Below, in pieces: positions 35,450-47,144 of a DNA stretch of 54,061 nucleotides. The position numbers were made by a program, and so were the translations under genes. The notes beneath the pieces were generated by a model that searched no databases, was not told the origin of the DNA, and worked only from the letters and a program-made list of their open reading frames with translations. Source of the DNA: Prorocentrum cordatum. Taxonomy: Eukaryota. Every line of letters starts with the position of its first letter. The first letter of the stretch is position 1. The DNA is taken from the NCBI GenBank assembly GCA_963575745.1, contig CAUYUJ010000268.1, positions 62,001-116,061 of the forward strand, read 5' to 3'.

Positions 35450-38400
35450 GGGTCGGCCTCGCCCTTGCGCCCGCTGCGGCCGCGGCCCACGCCCGGCGCG
35501 GCGCCGGGCGGCCTCGGGGCGCTCTCTGCGGCCTCGGGGCGCTATCTCCGAGCTATCTTTGAAGGACGCCACAGACGGCGCCTTCGGTCTCGCCCTTGCG
35601 CCCGCTGCGGCCGCGGCCCGCGCCCGGCGTGGCGCCTGGCGCTCTCTGGGCGCTATCTCCGAGCTATCTTTGAAGGACGCCACAGACGGCGCCTTCGGCC
35701 TCGCCCCCGCGCCCGCTGCTGCCGCGGCCCACGCTCGGCGTGGCGCATGGCGCTCTATAGGCGCTATCTCCGAGCTATCTTTGAAGGACGCCACAGACGG
35801 CGCCTTCGGCCTCGCTCCCGCGCTCGCTGCGGCCGCGGCCCACGCCCGGCGTGGCGCCTGGCGCTCTCTGGGCGCTATCTCCGAGCTATCTTTGAAGGAC
35901 GCCACAGACGGCGCCTTCGGCCTCGCTCCCGCGCTCGCTGCGGCCGCGGCCCACGCCCGGCGTGGCGCCTGGCGCACTCTGGGCGCTATCTCCGAGCTAT
36001 CTTTGAAGGGCGCCACAGACGGCGCCTTCGGCCTCGCTCCCGCGCCCGCTGCGGCCGCGGCCCACGCCCGGCGTGGCGCCTGGCGCTCTCTGGGCGCTAT
36101 CTCCGAGCTATCTTTGAAGGACGCCACAGACGGCGCCTTCGGCCTCGCTCCCGCGCCCGCTGCGGCCGCGGCCCGCGCCTGGCGTGGCGCCTGGCGCACT
36201 CTGGGCGCTATCTCCGAGCTATCTTTGAAGGACGCCACAGACGGCGCCTTCGGCCTCGCTCCCGCGCCCGCTGCGGCCGCGGCCCACGCCTGGCGTGGCG
36301 CCTGGCGCACTCTGGGCACTATCTCCGAGCTATCTGTGAAGGACGCCACAGACGGCGCCTTCGGCCTCGCCCCCGCCTTTGCGCCCGCTGCGGCCGCGGC
36401 CCACGCCAGGCGTGCCTCGGGCGCTCGTGAGCGCTATCTCCGAGCTATCTTTGAAGGATGCCACAGTCGGCGCCTTCGCTGTAGCCTTTGCGCCCGCTGC
36501 GGCCGCCGCCCACGCCGGGCGTGCCTCGGGCGCTCGTGAGCGCTATCTCCGAGATATCTTTGAAGGACGCCACAGTCGGCGCCTTCGCTGTAGCCTTTTG
36601 CGCCCGCTGCGGCCGCAACCCGCGCCAGGCGTGCCGCGGGCGCCCGTGAGCGCTATCTCCGAGCTATCTTTGAAGGACGCCACAGTCGGCGCCTTCGCTG
36701 TAGCCTTTGCGCCCGCAGCGGCCGCCGCCCACGCCAGGCGTGCCGCGGGCGCTCGTCAGCGCTATCTCCGAGCTATCTTTGAAGGACGCCACAGTCGGCG
36801 CCTTCGCTGTAGCCTTTGCGCCCGCTTCGGCCGCCGCCCACGCCAGGCGTGCCTCGGGCGCTCGTGATCGCTATCTCCGAGCTATCTTTGAAGGACGCCA
36901 CAGTCGGCGCCTTCGCTGTAGCCTTTGCGCCCGCTGCGGCCGCAGCCCACGCCAGGCGTGCCTCGGGCGCTCGTGAGCGCTATCTCCGAGCTATCTTTGA
37001 AGGACGCCACAGTCGGCGCCTTCGCTGTAGCCTTTGCGCCCGCTGCGGCCGCGTCCCACGCCAGGCGTGCCTCGGGCGCTCGTGAGCGCTATCTCCGAGC
37101 TATCTTTGAAAGACGCCACAGTCGGCGCCTTCGGTGAAGCCTCTGCGCCCGCTGCGGCCGCCGCCCACGCCAGGCGTGCCTCGGGCGCTCGTGAGCGCTA
37201 TCTCCGAGCTATCATTGAAGGGCGCCACAGCTGGCGCCTTCGCTGTAGCCTTTGCGCCCGCTGCGGCCGCCGCCCACGCCAGGCGTGCCTCGGGCGCTCG
37301 TGAGCGCTATCTCCGAGCTATCTTTGAACGACGCCACAGCTGGCGCCTTCGCTGTAGATTTTGCAGCCGCTGCGGCCGCACCCCACGCCAGGCGTGCCTC
37401 GGGCGCTCGTGAGCGCTATCTCCGAGCTATCTTTGAAGGGCGCCACCGCCGGCGCCTTCGCTGTAGCCTTTGCGCCCGCTGCGGCCGCCGCCCACGCCAG
37501 GCGTGCCTCGGGCGCTCGTGAGCGCTATCTCCGAGCTATCTTTGAAGGACGCCACAGTCGGCGCCTTCGCTGTAGTTTTTGCGTTCGCTGCGGCCGCAAC
37601 CCCACGCCAGGCGTGCCTCGGGCGCTCCTGAGCGCTATCTCCGAGCTAATCTTGAAGGACGCCACAGTCGGCGCCTTCGCTGTAGCCTTTGCGCCCGCTG
37701 CGGCCGCCGCCCACGCCAGGCGTGCCTCGGGCGCTCGTGAGCGCTATCTCCGAGCTATCTTTGAAGGACGCCACAGTCGGCGCCTTCGCTGTAGCCTTTG
37801 CGCCCGCTGCGGCCGCCGCCCACGCCTGGCGTGCCTCGGGCGCTCGTGAGCGCTATCTCCGAGCTATCTTTGAAGGACGCCACAGTCGGCGCCTTCGCTG
37901 TAGCCTTTGCGCCCGCTGCGGCCGCCGCCCACGCCAGGCGTGCCGCGGGCGCTCGTGAGCGCTATCTCCGAGTTATCTTTGAAGGACGCCACAGTCGGCG
38001 CTTTCGCTGTAGCCTTTGCGGCCGCTGCGGCCGCTGCCCACGCCAGGCGTGCCTCGGGCGCTCGTGAGCGCTATCTCCGAGCTATCTTTGAAGGACGCCA
38101 CAGCCAGGCGTGCCTCGGGCGCTCGTGAGCGCTATGTCCGAGCTATCTTTGAAGGACGCCACAGTCGGCGCCTTCGCTGTAGCTTTTGCGCCCGCTGCGG
38201 CCGCCGCCCACGCCAGGCGTGCCTCGGGCGCTCGTCAGCGCTATCCCCGGGCTATCTTTGAAGGACGCCACCGTCGGCGCCTTCGCTGTAGCCTTTGCGC
38301 CCGCTGCGGCCGCCGCCCACGCCAGGCGTGCCTCGGGCGCTCGTGAGCGCTATCTCCGAGCTATCTTTGAAGGACGCCACAGTCGGCGCCTTCGCTGTAG

Positions 38401-41140
38401 CCTTTGCGCCCGCGGCGGCCGCCGCCCACGCCAGGCGTGCCTCGGGCGCTCGTGAGCGCCATCTCCGAGCTATCTTTGAAGGGCGCCACAGTCACGCCAC
38501 AGTCGGCGCCTTCGCTGTAGCCTTTGCGCCCGCTGCGGCCGCCGCCCACGCCAGGCGTGCCTCGGGCGCTCGTGAGCGCGATCTCCGAGCTATCTTGAAG
38601 GACGCCACAGTCGGACGCCTTCGCCTGTAGCCTTTGCAGCCCCATGCTGCGGCCGCACCCCGCCAGGCTTGCCCTGGGCGCTCGTGAGCGCAATCTCCGA
38701 GCTCTCTTTGAAGGACGCCACAGTCGGCGCCTTCGCTGTAGCCTTTGCGCCCGCTGCGGCCGCGGCCCACGCCAGGCGTGCTTCGGGCGCTGCTGAGCGC
38801 TATCTCCGAGCTATCTTTGAAGGACGCCACAGACGGCGCCTTCGCTGTAGCCTTTGCGCCCGCTGCGGCCGCCGCCCACGCCAGGCGCGCCTCAGGGCCC
38901 GCCGCAGTCGGCGCCTACGCTGTACTTTTGCGCCGCCCGGGCCCGCCGCCCACGGCCAGGCCGGCATCGGGCGCTTCGTGAGCGCAGGTGCTCGAAGCTA
39001 TCTTTTGAATGTCGCCACAGACGGCGCCTTCGCTGTAGCCTTTGCGCCCGCTGCGGCCCGCGGCCCACGCCAGGCGTGCCGCGGGCGCTCGTGAGCGCTA
39101 TCTCCGAGCTATCTTTGAAGGACGCCACAGTCGGCGCCTTCGCTGTAGCCTTTGCGGCCGCTTCGGCCGCCGCCCACGCCAGGCGTGCCTCGGGCGCTCG
39201 TGAGCGCTATCTCCGAGCTATCCTTGAAGGACGCCACAGTCGGCGCCTTCGCTGTAGCCTTTGCGGCCGCTGCGGCCGCCGCCCACGCCAGGCGTGCCTC
39301 GGGCGCTCGTGAGCGCTATCTCCGAGCTATCTTTGAAGGACGCCACAGTCGGCGCCTTCGCTGTAGCCTTTGCGCCCGCTGCGGCCGCGGCCCACGCCAG
39401 GCGTGCCTCGGGCGCTCGTGAGCGCTATCTCCGAGCTATCTTTGAAGGACGCCACCGTCGGCGCCTTCGCTGTAGCCTTTGCGCCCGCTGCGGCCGCGGC
39501 CCACGCCAGGCGTGCCTCGGGCGCTCGTGAGCGCTATCTCCGAGCTATCTTTGAAGGACGCCACAGTCGGCGCCTTCGCTGTAGCCTTTGCGCCCGCTGC
39601 GGCCGCCGCCCACGCCAGGCGTGCCTCGGGCGCTCGTGAGCGCTATCTCCGAGCTATCTTTGAAGGACGCCACAGTCGGCGTCTTCGCTGTAGCCTTTGC
39701 GCCCGCTGCGGCCGTCGCCCACGCCAGGCGAGCCTCGGGCGCTCGTGAGCGCTATCTCCGAGCTATCTTTGAAGGACGCCACGGTCGGCGCCTTCGCTGT
39801 AGCTTTTGCGCCCGCTGCGGCCGCCGCCCACGCCAGGCGTGCCTCGCGCGCTCGTCAGCGCTATCTCCGAGCTATCTTTGAAGGACGCCACAGTCGGCGC
39901 CTTCGCTGTAGCTTTTGCGCCCGCTGCGGCCGAGGCCCACGCCAGGCGTGCCTCGGGCGCTCGTGAGCGCTATTCTCCGAGCTATCTTTGAAGGACGCCA
40001 CAGTCGGCGCCTTCGCTGTAGCCTTTGCGCCCGCTGCGGCCGCCGCCCACGCCAGGCGTGCCTCGGGCGCTCGTGAGCGCTATCTCCGAGCTATCTTTGA
40101 AGGACGCCACAGTCGTCGCCTTCGCTGTAGCCTTTGCGGCCGCTGCGGCCGCGGCCCACGCCAGGCGTGCCTCGGGCGCTCGTGAGCGCTATCTCCGAGC
40201 TATCTTTGAAGGACGCCACAATCGGCACCTTCGCTGTAGCCTTTGCGCCCGCTGCGGCCGCCGCCCACGCCAGGCGTGCCTCGGGCGCTCCTGAGCGCTA
40301 TCTCCGAGCTATTTTTGAAGGACGCCACAGTCGGCGCCTTCGGTGTAGCCTTTGCGCGGGCTGCGGCCGCAAACCACGCCAGGCGTGCCTCGGGCGCTCC
40401 TCAAGCGCTATCTCCGAAACTATCTTTGAAAGGAAGCACAGTCGGCGCCTTCGCTTGTAGCCTTTGCGCCGCGCTGCGGCCGCCGCCCGACGCCAGGCCG
40501 TGGCCTCGGGCGCTCGTGAGCGCTATCTCCGAGCTATCTTGAAGGATCCATCATCGGCGCCTTCGCTGTAGCCTTTGCGCGCGCCACCGTCGGCGCTTCG
40601 CTGTAAGCCTTTGGCGGCCGCTGCGGCCGCCGCCCACGCCGGCGTGCCGGGGCGCTCGTGAGCGCTATCTCCGGCTATCTTTGAAGGACGCCACAGTCGG
40701 CCGCCTTCGGCTGTAAGCCTTTGCGGCGGCTGCGGCGCGCAACCCCGCCGGGCGTGCCTCGGGCGCTCGTGAGCGCTTATCTCCGAGCTAATCTTTGAAG
40801 GACCCACAGCGGCGCCCTTCGCTGTAGCCTTTGCGCCCCGCTGCGGCCGCGGCCCACGCCAGGCGTGCCTCGGGCGCTCGTGAGCGCTATCTCCGAGCTA
40901 TCTTTGAAGGACGCCACAGTCGGCGCCTTCGCTGTAGCCTTTGCGCCCGCCGCGGCCGCGGCCCACGCCAGGCGTGCCGCGGGCGCTCGTGAGCGCTATC
41001 TCCGAGCTATCTTTGAAGGACGCCACAGTCGGCGCCTTCGCTGTAGCCTTTGCGGCCGCTGCGGCCGCCGCCCACGCCAGGCTTGCCTCGGGCGCTCGTG
41101 GGCGCCATCTCCGAGTTATCTTTGAAGGGCGCCACAGTCG
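35450..41140. repeat. Tandem array: about 8 units of 111 bp, then about 43 units of 109 bp
   Basis: gctatctccgagctatctttgaaggacgccacag recurs with 111-bp period (35541-36318), then 109-bp period. Indel-rich patches at ~38570-39060 and ~40330-40850. Confidence 0.97.
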
Positions 41141-41695
41141 CCTGGGAAGCGCTTGGAAGCGCCAGGGAGCATCGGGGAGAGCGCCTGGGAGCGCACTCGG
41201 GAGAGGAGAGGCGACGCACGGGCAGTGTTGGAGAGTGTGTTCTATGGCATGACACGCGCACGTGTTCGCAGGTTGGAAGGGGGAGAGCGAGGGGGAGGGT
41301 CTGGCTCCCCCTCGCACACTGTTGAAATGAACATGCGTTGCCAGGGACGAGTTGCTCGCGCACAGGTCTAGGAAACATTTTCGAACACATCTTTCGCAGA
41401 GGACAGTAGAGACAGATGTCTTGGCGATGTGATGCAGTAGTCATTCGGAGCAGGGAGTCTTTCAAATGGATGGAGAGATGCATGGGCGGTGCAGTTCTCA
41501 ACGGCAGGGGTCGGGCATGCAGGGTTATCTCCGTTGTTCGAATGTCTGTGAGCGAATGCAGGAGAGCGCGGATGCAATTTGCGAGCTTTGGGTGCGAGAT
41601 GCATTGGCGATGCGTCCCAGCATGTCGCGGTGGAGGCATGTGGTGCCTTGGGATCTGCCTTTGCTCACCGCAACATCAGTCGCGATGTCGTTGGT

Positions 41696-41717
41696 TCCGT
41701 TGCCGCTTTGGCTCAAG
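41696..41717 (+). other. Relic dinoflagellate spliced-leader (DinoSL) sequence upstream of the RepHel start
   Basis: TCCGTTGCCGCTTTGGCTCAAG versus DinoSL DCCGTAGCCATTTTGGCTCAAG: 19/22, ungapped, 90 nt before ATG 41808. Confidence 0.75.
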
Positions 41718-41807
41718 CCTGATTTCGCCACCGCTTGGCACGCGCACCTGGCAGCCATCGTTGGCAGGCATCAGCCTCGCATCCACCTTCAGCGCACTCT
41801 CGCGGCG

Positions 41808-44800
41808 ATGGGCCCTCGGCGCTGCTCTGGCTTTGCGACCGACGACGGGATCGTCATCGAGTGCTGCTTCAATCCGTGGGAGAAGGGCAAGCGCGCGCAG
41901 GGAAAGTTCGAGGGGAAGTGTCAGTGGTGCTCTCCCATTCGCATGGCAACCATCTGCGCGACGCCGCAGCAGTCCAAGCTGACCGCGCACAGCCTCGCGA
42001 ACCTGCACAAGCTTGACATCGGCATCTACGACATGGCCGTGGAGCGGGTGAAGATGCACGAGAGGGGCGATGAGCTCATTGCCCGCGCTGTCGGCATAAT
42101 CTCGGAGCGCTCGCAGGTGGGCGTGCCGCCACCGCCGCCAATCGAATGTGACCAGGGCAACGTGGTCTCGCAGCCCGCCGACGAGGAGATTCCTGCTGCC
42201 ATGGAGCCCGACGAGGAAGCAGCCGCAGCAGGGCCAGCAGCGGCAGCGGAGCCGCCGCCAGTACCCGCGGAAGGCGAGGGCGCGGCCGCTGGGCGCAGAC
42301 GCCGGCGCCTCTGCGAGGGATACAGCCTGGCGCGCGCCATGGGCCGCAGGCTCAGAAGCAAGGAGGACGAGGGCGTCTGCTTGTTCTCCCGAGAGCATCC
42401 TGGACAGCGTGCTCGAGCGCCCGATGGGAAGTGCCTCTGGTGCACGCCTGCTCGCATGAAGGAGGCGGCAAGCAATCCCGCCAAGAAGAAGGAGGCCATG
42501 ACAGACCTGAAGAAGTTCGAAGCTCGTAACCCTGCGCTGAAGCAGAAGGCGCTGGGGCGGCTGCGCAGGCACCTCACCGCGCAGGAATATAAGGTCATCG
42601 TCACGCCGCACGACTGCTGCCGCGGCGCAGGGGATGCCATGTGCCCCTTCAGCACGACGAACCCAGGGCAGCCCGCGCGCGTGGTGAAGGCCGACAAGCA
42701 CTTGTGCAGCTGGTGCGATCCGCAGAGGCTCCGTGGCATGCAGACAGAGAAGCGCAGGGGCGTGCTGAAGCAGCTCGAGGCATTCCACGAGAAGGACGAA
42801 GCCGTATTTGCCAAGGCCGAGGCAATCCTGAAGGAAATCTTCGGGGACAACTACCTAGCGCAGATGAAGAAGAAGACTGTCCGGCAGAACCAGCAGGCGG
42901 CAAAAGCTCGAAGGCGCACTGGCAAGACGGACTGGCCGACGAAGCTGGCGAAGCGGCGGCTGGTGATGGAGAGCCCAACGGTCGACGAGGAAGCTCGCAA
43001 GAGGTTCCGCAAGCTGGCACTGGCGGATTTGAAGAAGGTCGAGAACTCGTTTTACAAGGACACAGCCGAGCGAAAGATGCGCGGTCGCGCCGACGAGGTT
43101 CCAAAGAGCAAGGACTTGGAGCCGCCGATTGGCGAAGCAGGCTTCAGTGATCTGTCGAAGGGGCTGAGGTCCTGGGCCGCCAAAGGCTCGTGGGGCATTT
43201 GCAAGGAGTGCCATGTCCTGCAGCCGCGGCCCATGCACGAGATCGATATGTTACTCGACGCCAGCGAGGAGATCTCGAAGAGCGCCTGCCGCCGCTGCAA
43301 CGCCTCTCGCGAGATGTACGTCCCGCTGCCTGATGACGTACCAGGGCCACTCCGCGGCCTGTCAGAGGAGATCGTCGAAGCCCTCCGGCCCATCGAGATC
43401 GACGTCGGCTCTGAGACGCGCTCCACCGACACGTTCGGCCGCCCGGACGGCTACCGCAAGAAGGTGAAGATGATCACGTTCTATTTCTCGAAGTGGCACG
43501 TCAAGGACAATATCAAGGAGCTGGATGATGACGCGCGGCGGACGGCGAAGAAGGCGCACAAGTACCTGCTGTCTTGCGAAGAGTCCTCGTACAAGCGGTT
43601 CCACGACATGCACGAGAAGTTCCTCCGCAAGCAGGGCGAGGACGCTACCGACAGGAAGCGCAAGCGCCCATATCATTTCCTGCAGGAGGTCGGGCTGGAG
43701 TGCGCTCTCTGGCCAAACCTGTACTGGTGCACCGAGATGACGGAGACGCACGAGCAGTGGTCCGACGCGAGGCGCGAGGAGAGGCGCGACGCCCAGGAGG
43801 CCAAGAAGAAGAAGGCAAAGTACGGCTACGACTCGGACGCCGAGGAGGACGAGGGCGGCGACGGCGGCGGCCAGCGCACCAGCGTCAAGCGGTCTTTCAT
43901 GACCAAGTGCCTCTCGCCGCTGCTTGGGTACGGATCCAACTTCGAGCTGCTCCAGTTCGTGTACGACCTGAACCTCTGGGCGACGCTCGGTGCGAAAAAG
44001 AACCTGGGGCTCGACAACGTGCCGATGCGGATGCTCATGAAGGGCCATACCTTCTCGCCGCTCTACTGGAAGGAGGTGCAAAATGCCCTTGTCGACCTCG
44101 TGCGCCAGGTGGGCTTCCCGAAGCTGTTCTTCACCATTGCGCCATGGGAGCCGTGCTTCAAGTGCCACGACTGGCTGCGCGATGAGATGGAGAAGACATT
44201 GCGGACCCGCATGTACCTCCCCGTGGGCGAAACGCTGCACATGTCGCACGTGCTCATGCAGATCGTCCGAGGCATGCTGGCGGGCAACAACTACCAGATG
44301 ATGGACCGCAGCAACCGCAGCTGGACACAGCACGTGTTCGCCGCGAAGGACGCCGACGGCAGACAGGTTCGCGTCCAGAGTTTCACGAGACTAGAGTTCC
44401 AGGACGGGAGCCGCAAGGAGGGCACGAAGCGCTACGACGGCTCTGGCCGGCCGCACCTGCACGTCCTCTTCTTCGCGGAAGACGACTCCATGGCGAACAT
44501 GGGATTGGAGCACCACCTCTTCGCGACCCAGCCCGATGGCTTCTCGGATGACCTGAAGGGTTACGTGGACGGATCCCAGTTCAACAAGCACGGCGATGCA
44601 GAGAGCAAGTGGCCGATATACCATGGGCCGTCGGGGGTGCACGGCGGCGATGGTGTCCTCCAGCTGAAGCACACCAGGGAGGACCACGACGCGGGCCTCC
44701 GAGCGTACTGCGCTGACGTAATGGACGGGCTCCCTTGCCATCAGGACTGGCAGACCAGCGACGGGGAGGCCATGCTCCTGCAATACGTTTCCAAGTATGT

Positions 44801-47144
44801 GGCGAAGTTCTCGGACAGCAGCTACGACGAGTGGATGAGCGACAGGGCCTCCGCGGACAGCGTGGCCAGGCGCGTCTGCTTCGAGTACCACCCCTACGAG
44901 CCAGAGATGATCCTGCAGCTGTGTGGAGCGCAATTCAGACAGTACGACATCTCTACTGTCAGCGGCGGCTTCCGCACCGTGACGGCGCCTTACTCGGGCA
45001 TGGCGGAGGTGCCCGAATGGGTCCAGAGGTATGCTGATTGCTCATGGCGCCACGAGGGCATGACGCTCTTGGATTGGCTTCGGAAGACTACCGACGACGG
45101 CGCCATCGCTGGGTGGCTGAAGCGCAAACACAAGCAGGAGCTGGTGCTGGCCCTGCACAGGCGGTACCGCGCGACCGTGCCCGACGGCGAGGAGCCCCAG
45201 GCGCTCGACGCTCACTGGCGCTTCCTGTGCGCTGAGTACAAAGGCATGGCCGATGCTGATGGCGGAGATGGCGGCAACAGCGACGAAGACTCCGACGCCG
45301 AAGACGTGGAGCAGCCGAAGACCTTCGAGGAGTTCCTAGCGAAGAAGCACAGAGACGAAAAGAGCGAGGGCGAGGACGACTTTCCTAATCTCAAGGAGTT
45401 CGCGCGAGCCTACCGCATGCAGGGCGAGAAGGTGGTCAGCGTCGACACGGTATACGAGCTCAACGACCGCTACTACGGCCAGTGGGCTGCAATGAACGTG
45501 CCGTTCCGATCGCTCGACGAGCTCGAGTTCGAGGATGTCAATCGCCTGGTTCCGCAGAAATACAAGTATCTCGCGGCGGCGCTGCGACTGTGCTCCGACC
45601 AGGGCCGCGTCGCTCAAGAGCACCATGACTTGTTCACCGATGACAGGCGGCTCATGGACTACATGAGCGCTTCAGCGAAGTCCAGCAAGTTCACCGAGGC
45701 TGTGCATCACATGATCGTGGGCCAGCGGAAGCTCATCAACATGTACCTGACGGGCATCATCGACAAGGCCGACGAGAAGGCCGCGGCCGACGCCGAGGCC
45801 GCGGTCATCGGCAGCCGCAGGCCAGCGCGCGGCGAGGGACAGGAGGATGTCGACTTCAACCCGAAGCAGCTGCAGCTGGAGGAGGCGATCAACGAGCGCG
45901 TGGACCGTGCCGCGCGAGCGGAGCTGTCGGGGGACTGGGAGGAGGCCGACAAGGCGCGCGAGGAAGCGCACAAGAAGAACACGCCAGTCATCTGCCTTGG
46001 GAAGCCTGGGACGGGGAAGACCACCGTGGTAAAGTCCTGCATTCGGCGCGCCCAGGAGCAAGGCGCGCGCGTGCTCTACGCCCTCCCGACGGCGCAGCTG
46101 TCCAGCCGCATGAAGCAAGCACTGCAAGGCCTGGAGGGCCTAACGATGGACACGTGCCACGCCGCATTCAAGCTGCACGATCCAATCACAGAGAGTCTTC
46201 ACAGGATGACGGACTTCGATTTGGTGGTGGTTGACGAGGTATCGCTGCTGAGTTGCGAAAGCTTCGAGCGCATCCTGAAGCTGTGGGGCGTCGCGGGGAA
46301 AGTTCCCGCGCTGGTCTTCCTCGGAGACAAGCACCAGCTCCCTGGGGTCGAGCCGACACGTCCGTGGGAGAGTGCCGCATGGAAGCAGCCGCGCTGCTTC
46401 CACGTGAAGCTCACCGAGACCTGGCGGTGCAAGGAGGAGCGCTTCCAGGAGATCCTGGACGAGCTTCGGACAGACAAGCCTTCGAAGGAGACGTTCCGCA
46501 AGATTGTGCGCGATCACAAGGCGTGGAAGAGCAGAGGCGATCCCACGCCCGCCGAAATGAAGAAGCTCTTCGAGAAGCACCCAGACACGCGGATCGTCAC
46601 CTGCACGCGCAGGGGCGCTGCGGCCGTGAACGAGGCTGCAGTCGCTGCGCTGTACGGCCGCAAGACCCCGCTGGCCACGCTGGACGGCGATGTGGAACTC
46701 AACCCCGAGAACTACCTGGATGGCAAGCTTCGCACTGACCGCCGTCTGGTTCCAAGCAAAGTGCCGATCTATAAGGGGATGAAGTTGTACCTGACGAAGA
46801 ACAAGAACAAGGAGGCTGACGAGGTCAACGGCATGCTTTGCGAGGTGGAGAACTACCACGCCGAGGAGGACATGCTGCGCGTGATGACGAAGACTGGCCA
46901 TCGTCTGGCCATCACTCGCTGGACCGATCGCGAGAAGGGCAACGCGGTCTACTTTCCAATCCGCCTCGGGTACGCCAGCACCATCGACAAAGTGCAAGGC
47001 GACGAGTTCCCCCACATCACTATATACCTGGACGGATGGCCTCGACCAGCAGCGGGGTATACAGCGCTCAGCCGTGTCGCGACGTCGGACGACTACCTGA
47101 TCGGCGGCTACGTGGAGCGCGACAACTTCATACCCGCGTTCTGA
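41808..47144 (+). CDS. RepHel transposase: Cys-rich N-terminal repeats, HUH Y2 endonuclease and PIF1-family SF1B helicase (about 1778 aa; ORF open from 41466)
   Basis: Rep motif 1 LFFTIAP (~44124-44144), motif 2 RLEFQ..GRPHLHVLFF (HLH 44454-44462), motif 3 YVSKYVAK (44784-). Helicase motifs GKPGTGKT (~45999), VVVDEVSLL, LGDKHQLPGV, LTETWR, FPIRLGYASTIDKVQG, YTALSRV. Intronless, no stops, strong GC3 bias. Confidence 0.93.
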   Translation: MGPRRCSGFATDDGIVIECCFNPWEKGKRAQGKFEGKCQWCSPIRMATICATPQQSKLTAHSLANLHKLDIGIYDMAVERVKMHERGDELIARAVGIISERSQVGVPPPPPIECDQGNVVSQPADEEIPAAMEPDEEAAAAGPAAAAEPPPVPAEGEGAAAGRRRRRLCEGYSLARAMGRRLRSKEDEGVCLFSREHPGQRARAPDGKCLWCTPARMKEAASNPAKKKEAMTDLKKFEARNPALKQKALGRLRRHLTAQEYKVIVTPHDCCRGAGDAMCPFSTTNPGQPARVVKADKHLCSWCDPQRLRGMQTEKRRGVLKQLEAFHEKDEAVFAKAEAILKEIFGDNYLAQMKKKTVRQNQQAAKARRRTGKTDWPTKLAKRRLVMESPTVDEEARKRFRKLALADLKKVENSFYKDTAERKMRGRADEVPKSKDLEPPIGEAGFSDLSKGLRSWAAKGSWGICKECHVLQPRPMHEIDMLLDASEEISKSACRRCNASREMYVPLPDDVPGPLRGLSEEIVEALRPIEIDVGSETRSTDTFGRPDGYRKKVKMITFYFSKWHVKDNIKELDDDARRTAKKAHKYLLSCEESSYKRFHDMHEKFLRKQGEDATDRKRKRPYHFLQEVGLECALWPNLYWCTEMTETHEQWSDARREERRDAQEAKKKKAKYGYDSDAEEDEGGDGGGQRTSVKRSFMTKCLSPLLGYGSNFELLQFVYDLNLWATLGAKKNLGLDNVPMRMLMKGHTFSPLYWKEVQNALVDLVRQVGFPKLFFTIAPWEPCFKCHDWLRDEMEKTLRTRMYLPVGETLHMSHVLMQIVRGMLAGNNYQMMDRSNRSWTQHVFAAKDADGRQVRVQSFTRLEFQDGSRKEGTKRYDGSGRPHLHVLFFAEDDSMANMGLEHHLFATQPDGFSDDLKGYVDGSQFNKHGDAESKWPIYHGPSGVHGGDGVLQLKHTREDHDAGLRAYCADVMDGLPCHQDWQTSDGEAMLLQYVSKYVAKFSDSSYDEWMSDRASADSVARRVCFEYHPYEPEMILQLCGAQFRQYDISTVSGGFRTVTAPYSGMAEVPEWVQRYADCSWRHEGMTLLDWLRKTTDDGAIAGWLKRKHKQELVLALHRRYRATVPDGEEPQALDAHWRFLCAEYKGMADADGGDGGNSDEDSDAEDVEQPKTFEEFLAKKHRDEKSEGEDDFPNLKEFARAYRMQGEKVVSVDTVYELNDRYYGQWAAMNVPFRSLDELEFEDVNRLVPQKYKYLAAALRLCSDQGRVAQEHHDLFTDDRRLMDYMSASAKSSKFTEAVHHMIVGQRKLINMYLTGIIDKADEKAAADAEAAVIGSRRPARGEGQEDVDFNPKQLQLEEAINERVDRAARAELSGDWEEADKAREEAHKKNTPVICLGKPGTGKTTVVKSCIRRAQEQGARVLYALPTAQLSSRMKQALQGLEGLTMDTCHAAFKLHDPITESLHRMTDFDLVVVDEVSLLSCESFERILKLWGVAGKVPALVFLGDKHQLPGVEPTRPWESAAWKQPRCFHVKLTETWRCKEERFQEILDELRTDKPSKETFRKIVRDHKAWKSRGDPTPAEMKKLFEKHPDTRIVTCTRRGAAAVNEAAVAALYGRKTPLATLDGDVELNPENYLDGKLRTDRRLVPSKVPIYKGMKLYLTKNKNKEADEVNGMLCEVENYHAEEDMLRVMTKTGHRLAITRWTDREKGNAVYFPIRLGYASTIDKVQGDEFPHITIYLDGWPRPAAGYTALSRVATSDDYLIGGYVERDNFIPAF

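Noticed and set aside
34991..41325. Repeat-protein ORFs (ISELSLKDAT..)
   Set aside because: The 111-bp units are open in several frames by chance and the 109-bp units shift frame every unit; no sign of coding constraint.
41466..41807. N-terminal 114 codons of the listed 1892-aa ORF
   Set aside because: Contains the SL relic and lacks the codon bias and motifs of the rest; more likely 5' leader, though not excluded.
45950..47144. Host PIF1 helicase gene
   Set aside because: Fused to an HUH Rep domain, intronless and enclosed by element ends.
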